Source of the DNA: Balanoglossus misakiensis
Taxonomy: Eukaryota > Animalia > Hemichordata
Assembly (NCBI GenBank): GCA_040954595.2
Contig: CM082577.2
Location: 20,682,303 to 20,746,302, forward strand
Direction of reading: 5' to 3'
DNA: 64,000 nucleotides
Positions 23,508 to 35,500 of the stretch are shown piece after piece (positions within the stretch are counted from its first letter, which is position 1; the number at the start of each line of letters is the position of its first letter). The notes under the pieces are model-generated. The model was not told where the DNA came from and made no database searches. It saw only the letters and a program-made list of their open reading frames with translations. A program made the translations under genes and the position numbers.

Positions 23508-26500
23508 GAAAGATGGTTGAATTTCTCCTACTATAAACCTGAATCCTACACCATTGAACACATAGTCCGACTTGGCTAATTTTTGTGGGTAACCGATCGA
23601 CCTTCCATAGCTTATAAGGCAAGTAGGATAAAAAAAATAGTGTTTGTTTTGTTTTGCAAAAAGTGGTTTTAAAATTCAGACACTTGCAGAAAGAGGAAGA
23701 AACGGACACTTGCGACAAAATATTATCCTTCAGGCTACTCTTTAAAAAATGAAGCCTACAGCACGTAGTATTCCCAGGCGGTCTCCCATCCAAGTACTAA
23801 CTACGCCCAACGCAGGTTTGCTTCGGTGATCAGACGAGAACCGGCTTTTTCTACGTGGTATGGCCGTAGGCGATAGATGGTTGAATTTCTCCTACTATAT
23901 ATAAACCTGAATCCTACACCATTGAACACATAGTCCGACTTGGCGAATTTTTGTGGGTAACCGATCGACCTTCCATAGCTTATAAGGCAAGTAGGATAAA
24001 AAAATATGTTTTTTTTTGTTATGCAAAAAGTGGTTTTACAATTCAGACACTTGCAGAAAGAGGAAGAAACGGACACTTGCGACAAAATATTATCCTTCAG
24101 GCTACTCTTTAATGGAAACGTTGGAAAAAATTGAAGCCTACAGCACGTAGTATTCCCAGGCGGTCTCCCATCCAAGTACTAACTACGCCCAACGCAGGTT
24201 TGCTTCGGTGATCAGACGAGAACCGGCTTTTTCTACGTGGTATGGCCGTAGGCGAAAGATGGTTGAATTTCTCCTACTATAAACCTGAATCCTACACCAT
24301 TGAACACATAGTCCGACTTGGCTAATATTTGTGGGTAACCGATCGACCTTCCATAGCTTATAAGGCAAGTAGGATCAAAAAATATGGTTTGTTTTGTTTT
24401 GCAAAAAGTGGTTTTAAAATTCAGACACTTGCAGAAAGAGGAAGAAACGGACACTTGCGACAAAATATTATCCTTCAGGCTACTCTTTAATGGAAACGTT
24501 GGAAAAAATTGAAGCCTACAGCACGTAGTATTCCCAGGCGGTCTCCCATCCAAGTACTAACTACGCCCAACGCAGGTTTGCTTCGGTGATCAGACGAGAA
24601 CCGGCTTATTCTACGTGGTATGGCCGTAGGCGAAAGATGGTTGAATTTCTCCTACTATAAACCTGAATCCTACACCATTGAACACATAGTCCGACTTGGC
24701 TAATTTGTGTGGGTAACCGATCGACCTTCCATAGCTTATAAGGCAAGTAGGATAAAAAAATATTGTTTGTTTTGTTTTGCAAAAAGTGGTTTTAAAATTC
24801 AGACACTTGCAGAAAGAGGAAGAAACGGACACTTGCGACAAAATATTATCCTTCAGGCTACTCTTTAATGGAAACGTTGGAAAAAATTGAAGCCTACAGC
24901 ACGTAGTATTCCCAGGCGGTCTCCCATCCAAGTACTAACTACGCCCAACGCAGGTTTGCTTCGGTGATCAGACGAGAACCGGCTTATTCTACGTGGTATG
25001 GCCGTAGGCGAAAGATGGTTGAATTTCTCCTACTATAAACCTGAATCCTACACCATTGAACACATAGTCCGACTTGGCTAATTTTTGTGGGTAACCGATC
25101 GACCTTCCATAGCTTATAAGGCAAGTAGGATAAAAAATATTGTTTGTTTTGTTTTGCAAAAAGTGGTTTTACAATTCAGACTCTTGCAGAAAGAGGAAGA
25201 AACGGACACTTGCGACAAAATATTATCCTTCAGGCTACTCTTTAATGGAAACGTTGGAAAAAATTGAAGCCTACAGCACGTAGTATTCCCAGACGGTCTC
25301 CCATTCAAGTACTAACTACGCCCAACGCAGGTTTGCTTCGGTGATCAGACGAGAACCGGCTTATTCTACGTGGTATGGCCGTAGGCGAAAGATGGTTGAA
25401 TTTCTCCTACTATAAACCATTGAACACATAGTCCGACTTGGCTAATTTTTGTGGGTAACCGATCGACCTTCCATAGCTTATAAGGCAAGTAGGATAAAAA
25501 AATAGTGTTTGTTTTGTTTTGCAAAAAGTGGTTTTAAAATTCAGACACTTGCAGAAAGAGGAAGAAACGGACACTTGCGACAAAATATTATCCTTCAGGG
25601 TACTCTTTAAAAAATGAAGCCTACAGCACGTAGTATTCCCAGGCGGTCTCCCATCCAAGCACTAACTACGCCCAACGCAGGTTTGCTTCGGTGATCAGAC
25701 GAGAACCGGCTTTTTCTACGTGGTATGGCCGTAGGCGATAGATGGTTGAATTTCTCCTACTATATATAAACCTGAATCCTACACCATTGAACACATAGTC
25801 CGACTTGGCGAATTTTTGTGGGTAACCGATCGACCTTCCATAGCTTATAAGGCAAGTAGGATAAAAAAATATGGTTTTTTTTTTGTTATGCAAAAAGTGG
25901 TTTTACAATTCAGACACTTGCAGAAAGAGGAAGAAACGGACACTTGCGTCAAAAATATTATCCATCAGGCTACTCTTTAATGGAAAAGTTGGAAAAAATG
26001 AAGCCTACAGCACGTAGTATTCCCAGGCGGTCTCCCATCCAAGTAGTAACTACGCCCAACGCAGGTTTGCTTCGGTGATCAGACGAGAACCGGCTTATTC
26101 TACGTGGTATGGCCGTAGGCGAAAGATGGTTGAATTTCTCCTACTATAAACCATTGAACACATAGTCCGACTTGGCTAATTTTTGTGGGTAACCGATCGA
26201 CCTTCCATAGCTTATAAGGCAAGTAGGATAAAAAAAATAGTGTTTGTTTTGTTTTGCAAAAAGTGGTTTTAAAATTCAGACACTTGCAGAAAGAGGAAGA
26301 AACGGACACTTGCGACAAAATATTATCCTTCAGGCTACTCTTTAAAAAATGAAGCCTACAGCACGTAGTATTCCCAGGCGGTCTCCCATCCAAGCACTAA
26401 CTACGCCCAACGCAGGTTTGCTTCGGTGATCAGACGAGAACCGGCTTTTTCTACGTGGTATGGCCGTAGGCGATAGATGGTTGAATTTCTCCTACTATAT

Positions 26501-29500
26501 ATAAACCTGAATCCTACACCATTGAACACATAGTCCGACTTGGCGAATTTTTGTGGGTAACCGATCGACCTTCCATAGCTTATAAGGCAAGTAGGATAAA
26601 AAAATATGTTTTTTTTTTTGTTATGCAAAAAGTGGTTTTACAATTCAGACACTTGCAGAAAGAGGAAGAAACGGACACTTGCGACAAAATATTATCCTTC
26701 AGGCTACTCTTTAATGGAAACGTTGGAAAAAAATGAAGCCTACAGCACGTAGTATTCCACGGCGGTCTCCCATCCAAGTACTAACTACGCCCAACGCAGG
26801 TTTGCTTCGGTGATCAGACGAGAACCGGCTTTTTCTACGTGGTATGGCCGTAGGCGAAAGATGGTTGAATTTCTCCTACTATAAACCTGAATCCTACACC
26901 ATTAAACACATAGTCCGACTTGGCTAATTATTGTGGGTAACCGATCGACATTCCATAGCTTATAAGGCAAGTAGGATAAAAAGATATGGTTTGTTTTGTT
27001 CTGCAAAAAGTGGTTTTAGAATTCAGGCACTTTCAGAAAAGGAAGAAACGGACACTTGCCACAAAATATTATCCTTCAGGCTACTCTTTAAAAAATGAAG
27101 CCTACAGCATGTAGTATTCCCAGGCGGTCTCCCATCCAAGTACTAACTACGCCCAACGCAGGTTTGCTTCGGTGATCAGACGAGAACCGGCTTTTTCTAC
27201 GTGGTATGGCCGTAGGCGAAAGATGGTTGAATTTCTCCTACTATAAACCTGAATCCTACACCATTAAACACATAGTCCGACTTGGCTAATTATTGTGGGT
27301 AACCGATCGACCTTCCATAGCTTATAAGGCAAGTAGGATAAAAAGATATGGTTTGTTTTGTTCTGCAAAAAGTGGTTTTAGAATTCAGGCACTTTCAGAA
27401 AAGGAAGAAACGGATACTTGCCACAAAATATTATCCTTCAGGCTACTCTTTAAAAAATGAAGCCTACAGCACGTAGTATTCCCAGGCGGTCTCCCATCCA
27501 AGTACTAACTACGCCCAACGCAGGTTTGCTTCGGTGATCAGACGAGAACCGGCTTTTTCTACGTGGTATGGCCGTAGGCGAAGGATGGTTGAATTTCTCC
27601 TACTATAAATCTAAATCCTACACCATTGAACACATAGTCCGACTTGGCTAATTATTGTGGGTAACCGATCGACCTTCCATAGCTTATAAGGCAAGTAGGA
27701 TAAAAAGATATGGTTTGTTTTGTTCTGCAAAAAGTGGTTTTAGAATTCAGGCACTTTCAGAAAAGGAAGAAACGGACACTTGCCACAAAATATTATCCTT
27801 CAGGCTACTCTTTAAAAAATGAAGCCAACAGCACGTAGTATTCCCAGGCGGTCTCCCATCCAAGTACTAACTACGCCCAACGCAGGTTTGCTTCGGTGAT
27901 CAGACGAGAACCGGCTTTTTCAACGTGGTATGGCCGTAGGCGAAAGATGGTTGAATTTCTCCTACTATAAACCTGAATCCTACACCATTGAACACATAGT
28001 CCGACTTGGCTAATTTTTGTGGGTAACCGATCGACCTTTCATAGCTTATAAGGCAAGTAGGATCAAAAATATGGTTTGTTTTGTTTTGCAAAAAGTGGTT
28101 TTAAAATTCAGACACTTGCAGAAAGAGGAATAAACGGACACTTGCGTCACAAATATTATCCATCAGGCTACTCTTTAATGGAAAAGTTGGAAAAAATGAA
28201 GCCTACAGCACGTAGTATTCCCAGGCGGTCTCCCATCCAAGTACTAACAACGCCCAACGCAGGTTTGCTTCGGTGATCAGACGAGAACCGGCTTATTCTA
28301 CGTGGTATGGCCGTAGGCGAAAGATGGTTGAATTTCTCCTACTATAAACCTGAATCCTACACCATTGAACACATAGTCCGACTTGGCTAATTTTTGTGGG
28401 TAACCGATCGACCTTCCATAGCTTATAAGGCAAGTGGGATAAAATATGGTTTGTTTTGTTTTGCAAAAAGTGGTTTTAAAATTCAGACACTTGCAGAAAG
28501 AGGAAGAAACGGGCACTTGCGACAAAAATATTATCCATCAGGCTACTCTTTAATGGAAACGTTGGAAAAAATGAAGCCTACAGCACGTAGTATTCCCAGG
28601 CGGTCTCCCATCCAAGTACTAACTACGCCCAACGCAGGTTTGCTTCGGTGATCAGACGAGAACCGGCTTTTTCTACGTGGTATGGCCGTAGGCGAAGGAT
28701 GGTTGAATTTCTCCTACTATAAACCTAAATCCTACACCATTGAACACATAGTCCGACTTGGCTAATTTTTGTGGGTAACCGATCGACCTTCCATAGCTTA
28801 TAAGGCAAGTAGGATCAAAAAATATGTTTTGTTTTGTTTTGCAAAAAGTGGTTTTAAAATTCAGACACATGCAGAAAGAGGAAGAAACGGACACTTGCGA
28901 CAAAATATTATCCTTCAGGCTAATCTTTAATGGAAACGTTGGAAAAAATTGAAGCCTACAGCACGTAGTATTCCCAGGCGGTCTCCCATCCAAGTACTAA
29001 CTACGCCCAACGCAGGTTTGCTTCGGTGATCAGACGAGAACCGGCTTATTCTACGTGGTATGGCCGTAGGCGAAAGATGGTTGAATTTCTCCTACTATAA
29101 ACCTGAATCCTACACCATTGAACACATAGTCCGACTTGGCTAATTATTGTGGGTAACCGATCGACCTTCCATAGCTTATAAGGCAAGTAGGATAAAAAGA
29201 TATGGTTTGTTTTGTTCTGCAAAAAGTGGTTTTAGAATTCAGGAACTTTCAGAAAAGGAAGAAACGGATACTTGCCACAAAATATTATCCTTCAGGCTAC
29301 TCTTTAAAAAATGAAGCCTACAGCACGTAGTATTCCCAGGCGGTCTCCCATCCAAGTACTAACTACGCCCAACGCAGGTTTGCTTCGGTGATCAGACGAG
29401 AACCGGCTTTTTCTACGTGGTATGGCCGTAGGCGAAGGATGGTTGAATTTCTCCTACTATAAACCTAAATCCTACACCATTGAACACATAGTCCGACTTG

Positions 29501-32500
29501 GCTAATTATTGTTGGTAACCGATCGACCTTCCATAGCTTATAAGGCAAGTAGGATAAAAAGATATGGTTTGTTTTGTTCTGCAAAAAGTGGTTTTAGAAT
29601 TCAGGCACTTTCAGAAAAGGAAGAAACGGACACTTGCCACAAAATATTATCCTTCAGGCTACTCTTTAAAAAATGAAGCCTACAGCACGTAGTATTCCCA
29701 GGCGGTCTCCCATCCAAGTACTAACTACGCCCAACGCAGGTTTGCTTCGGTGATCAGACGAGAACCGGCTTTTTCTACGTGGTATGGCCGTAGGCGAAAG
29801 ATGGTTGAATTTCTCCTAATATAAACCTGAATCCTACACCATTAAACACATAGTCCGACTTGGCTAATTATTGTGGGTAACCGATCGACCTTCCATAGCT
29901 TATAAGGCAAGTAGGATAAACAGATATGGTTTGTTTTATTCTGCAAAAAGTGGTTTTAGAATTCAGGCACTTTCAGAAAAGGAAGAAACGGACACTTGCC
30001 ACAAAATATTATCCTTCAGGCTACTCTTTAAAAAATGAAGCCTACAGCACGTAGTATTCCCAGGCGGTCTCCCATCTAATTACTAACTACGCTCAACGCA
30101 GGTTTGCTTCGGTGATCAGACGAGAACCGGATTTTTCTACGTGGTATGGCCGTAGGCGAAGGATGGTTGAATTTCTCCTACTATAAACCTAAATCCTACA
30201 CCATTGAACACATAGTCCGACTTGGCTAATTATTGTGGGTAACCGATCGACCTTCCATAGCTTATAAGGCAAGTAGGATAAAAAGATATGGTTTGTTTTG
30301 TTCTGCAAAAAGTGGTTTTAGAATTCAGGCACTTTCAGAAAAGGAAGAAACGGACACTTGCCACAAAATATTATCCTTCAGGCTACTCTTTAAAAAATGA
30401 AGCCTACAGCACGTAGTATTCCCAGGCGGTCTCCCATCCAAGTACTAACTACGCCCAACGCAGGTTTGCTTCGGTGATCAGACGAGAACCGGCTTTTTCT
30501 ACGTGGTATGGCCGTAGGCGAAAGATGGTTGAATTTCTCCTAATATAAACCTGAATCCTACACCATTAAACACATAGTCCGACTTGGCTAATTATTGTGG
30601 GTAACCGATCGACCTTCCATAGCTTATAAGGCAAGTAGGATAAACAGATATGGTTTGTTTTATTCTGCAAAAAGTGGTTTTAGAATTCAGGCACTTTCAG
30701 AAAAGGAAGAAACGGACACTTGCCACAAAATATTATCCTTCAGGCTACTCTTTAAAAAATGAAGCCTACAGCACGTAGTATTCCCAGGCGGTCTCCCATC
30801 CAAGTACTAACTACGCCCAACGCAGGTTTGCTTCGGTGATCAGACGAGAACCGGCTTTTTCTACGTGGTATGGCCGTAGGCGAAAGATGGTTGAATTTCT
30901 CCTAATATAAACCTGAATCCTACACCATTAAACACATAGTCCGACTTGGCTAATTATTGTGGGTAACCGATCGACCTTCCATAGCTTATAAGGCAAGTAG
31001 GATAAACAGATATGGTTTGTTTTATTCTGCAAAAAGTGGTTTTAGAATTCAGGCACTTTCAGAAAAGGAAGAAACGGACACTTGCCACAAAATATTATCC
31101 TTCAGGCTACTCTTTAAAAAATGAAGCCTACAGCACGTAGTATTCCCAGGCGGTCTCCCATCTAATTACTAACTACGCTCAACGCAGGTTTGCTTCGGTG
31201 ATCAGACGAGAACCGGATTTTTCTACGTGGTATGGCCGTAGGCGAAGGATGGTTGAATTTCTCCTACTATAAACCTAAATCCTACACCATTGAACACATA
31301 GTCCGACTTGGCTAATTATTGTGGGTAACCGATCGACCTTCCATAGCTTATAAGGCAAGTAGGATAAAAAGATATGGTTTGTTTTGTTCTGCAAAAAGTG
31401 GTTTTAGAATTCAGGCACTTTCAGAAAAGGAAGAAACGGACACTTGCCACAAAATATTATCCTTCAGGCTACTCTTTAAAAAATGAAGCCTACAGCACGT
31501 AGTATTCCCAGGCGGTCTCCCATCCAAGTACTAACTACGCCCAACGCAGGTTTGCTTCGGTGATCAGACGAGAACCGGCTTTTTCTACGTGGTATGGCCG
31601 TAGGCGAAAGATGGTTGAATTTCTCCTAATATAAACCTGAATCCTACACCATTAAACACATAGTCCGACTTGGCTAATTATTGTGGGTAACCGATCGACC
31701 TTCCATAGCTTATAAGGCAAGTAGGATAAACAGATATGGTTTGTTTTATTCTGCAAAAAGTGGTTTTAGAATTCAGGCACTTTCAGAAAAGGAAGAAACG
31801 GACACTTGCCACAAAATATTATCCTTCAGGCTACTCTTTAAAAAATGAAGCCTACAGCACGTAGTATTCCCAGGCGGTCTCCCATCCAATTACTAACTAC
31901 GCTCAACGCAGGTTTGCTTCGGTGATCAGACGAGAACCGGCTTTTTCTACGTGGTATGGCCGTAGGCGAAGGATGGTTGAATTTCTCCTACTATAAACCT
32001 AAATCCTACACCATTGAACACATAGTCCGACTTGGCTAATTATTGTGGGTAACCGATCGACCTTCCATAGCTTATAAGGCAAGTAGGATAAAAAAATATG
32101 GTTTGTTTTGTTTTGCAAAAAGTGGTTTTAAAATTCAGACACTTGCAGAAAGAGGAAGAAACGGACACTTGCGACAAAATATTATCCTTCAGGCTACTCT
32201 TTAATGGAAACGTTGGAAAAAATGAAGCCTACAGCACGTAGTATTCCCAGGCGGTCTCCCATCCAAGTACTAACTACGCCCAACGCAGGTTTGCTTCGGT
32301 GATCAGACGAGAACCGGCTTATTTTACGTGGTATGGCCGTAGGCGAAAGATGGTTGAATTTCTCCTACTATAAACATGAATCCTAAACCATTGAACACAT
32401 AGTCCGACTTGGCTAATTTTTGTGGGTAACCGATCGACCTTCCATAGCTTATAAGGCAAGTAGGATAAAAAAATATGGTTTGTTTTGTTTTGCAAAAAGT

Positions 32501-35500
32501 GGTTTTAAAATTCAGACACTTGCAGAAAGAGGAAGAAACGAACACTTGCGACAAAATATTATCCTTCAGGCTACTCTTTAATGGAAACGTTGGAAAAAAA
32601 TGAAGCCTACAGCACGTAGTATTCCACGGCGGTCTCCCATCCAAGTACTAACTACGCCCAACGCAGGTTTGCTTCGGTGATCAGACGAGAACCGGCTTTT
32701 TCTACGTGGTATGGCCGTAGGCGAAAGATGGTTGAATTTCTCCTACTATAAACCTGAATCCTACACCATTAAACACATAGTCCGACTTGGCTAATTATTG
32801 TGGGTAACCGATCGACCTTCCATAGCTTATAAGGCAAGTAGGATAAAAAGATATGGTTTGTTTTGTTCTGCAAAAAGTGGTTTTAGAATTCAGGCACTTT
32901 CAGAAAAGGAAGAAACGGACACTTGCCACAAAATATTATCCTTCAGGCTACTCTTTAAAAAATGAAGCCTACAGCACATAGTATTCCCAGGCGGTCTCCC
33001 ATCCAAGTACTAACTACGCCCAACGCAGGTTTGCTTCGGTGATCAGACGAGAACCGGCTTTTTCTACGTGGTATGGCCGTAGGCGAAAGATGGTTGAATT
33101 TCTCCTACTATAAACCTGAATCCTACACCATTAAACACATAGTCCGACTTGGCTAATTATTGTGGGTAACCGATCGACCTTCCATAGCTTATAAGGCAAG
33201 TAGGATAAAAAGATATGGTTTGTTTTGTTCTGCAAAAAGTGGTTTTAGAATTCAGGCACTTTCAGAAAAGGAAGAAACGGACACTTGCCACAAAATATTA
33301 TCCTTCAGGCTACTCTTTAAAAAATGAAGCCTACAGCACGTAGTATTCCCAGGCGGTCTCCCATCCAAGTACTAACTACGCCCAACGCAGGTTTGCTTCG
33401 GTGATCAGACGAGAACCGGCTTTTTCTACGTGGTATGGCCGTAGGCGAAGGATGGTTGAATTTCTCCTACTATAAACCTAAATCCTACACCATTGAACAC
33501 ATAGTCCGACTTGGCTAATTTTTGTGGGTAACCGATCGACCTTCCATAGCTTATAAGGCAAGTAGGATCAAAAAATATGGTTTGTTTTGTTTTGCAAAAA
33601 GTGGTTTTAAAATTCAGACACTTGCAGAAAGAGGAAGAAACGGACACTTGCGACAAAATATTATCCTTCAGGCTAATCTTTAATGGAAACGTTGGAAAAA
33701 ATTGAAGCCTACAGCACGTAGTATTCCCAGGCGGTCTCCCATCCAAGTACTAACTACGCCCAACGCAGGTTTGCTTCGGTGATCAGACGAGAACCGGCTT
33801 ATTCTACGTGGTATGGCCGTAGGCGAAAGATGGTTGAATTTCTCCTACTATAAACCTGAATCCTACACCATTGAACACATAGTCCGACTTGGCTAATTAT
33901 TGTGGGTAACCGATCGACCTTCCATAGCTTATAAGGCAAGTAGGATAAAAAGATATGGTTTGTTTTGTTCTGCAAAAAGTGGTTTTAGAATTCAGGCACT
34001 TTCAGAAAAGGAAGAAACGGATACTTGCCACAAAATATTATCCTTCAGGCTACTCTTTAAAAAATGAAGCCTACAGCACGTAGTATTCCCAGGCGGTCTC
34101 CCATCTAATTACTAACTACGCTCAACGCAGGTTTGCTTCGGTGATCAGACGAGAACCGGCTTTTTCTACGTGGTATGGCCGTAGGCGAAGGATGGTTGAT
34201 TTCTCCTACTATAAACCTAAATCCTACACCATTGAACACATAGTCCGACTTGGCTAATTATTGTGGGTAACCGATCGACCTTCCATAGCTTATAAGGCAA
34301 GTAGGATAAAAAGATATGGTTTGTTTTGTTCTGCAAAAAGTGGTTTTAGAATTCAGGCACTTTCAGAAAAGGAAGAAACGGACACTTGCCACAAAATATT
34401 ATCCTTCAGGCTACTCTTTAAAAAATGAAGCCTACAGCACGTAGTATTCCCAGGCGGTCTCCCATCCAAGTACTAACTACGCCCAACGCAGGTTTGCTTC
34501 GGTGATCAGACGAGAACCGGCTTTTTCTACGTGGTATGGCCGTAGGCGAAAGATGGTTGAATTTCTCCTAATATAAACCTGAATCCTACACCATTAAACA
34601 CATAGTCCGACTTGGCTAATTATTGTGGGTAACCGATCGACCTTCCATAGCTTATAAGGCAAGTAGGATAAACAGATATGGTTTGTTTTATTCTGCAAAA
34701 AGTGGTTTTAGAATTCAGGCACTTTCAGAAAAGGAAGAAACGGACACTTGCCACAAAATATTATCCTTCAGGCTACTCTTTAAAAAATGAAGCCTACAGC
34801 ACGTAGTATTCCCAGGCGGTCTCCCATCCAATTACTAACTACGCTCAACGCAGGTTTGCTTCGGTGATCAGACGAGAACCGGCTTTTTCTACGTGGTATG
34901 GCCGTAGGCGAAGGATGGTTGAATTTCTCCTACTATAAACCTAAATCCTACACCATTGAACACATAGTCCGACTTGGCTAATTATTGTGGGTAACCGATC
35001 GACCTTCCATAGCTTATAAGGCAAGTAGGATAAAAAATATGGTTTGTTTTGTTTTGCAAAAAGTGGTTTTAAAATTCAGACACTTGCAGAAAGAGGAAGA
35101 AACGGACACTTGCGACAAAATATTATCCTTCAGGCTACTCTTTAATGGAAACGTTGGAAAAAATGAAGCCTACAGCACGTAGTATTCCCAGGCGGTCTCC
35201 CATCCAAGTACTAACTACGCCCAACGCAGGTTTGCTTCGGTGATCGGACGAGAACCGGCTTATTTTACGTGGTATGGCCGTAGGCGAAAGATGGTTGAAT
35301 TTCTCCTACTATAAACATGAATCCTAAACCATTGAACACATAGTCCGACTTGGCTAATTTTTGTGGGTAACCGATCGACCTTCCATAGCTTATAAGGCAA
35401 GTAGGATAAAAAAATATGGTTTGTTTTGTTTTGCAAAAAGTGGTTTTAAAATTCAGACACTTGCAGAAAGAGGAAGAAACGAACACTTGCGACAAAATAT

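Larger units (their letters stand above)
9780..26850. repeat. Haplotype domain B (mixed ~378 and ~363 bp units)
   Basis: Markers tccTtcagg and ggaaaCgttgg. First appearance of the ~15-bp 3'-flank deletion and of the 5S A24 allele. Confidence 0.8.

Noticed and set aside
28994-32323. ORF-free gaps suggesting a hidden insertion (also 41505-43748 and 54031-56274)
   Set aside because: On reading they are runs of mostly 362-bp short units whose SNPs introduce stops; no foreign sequence.
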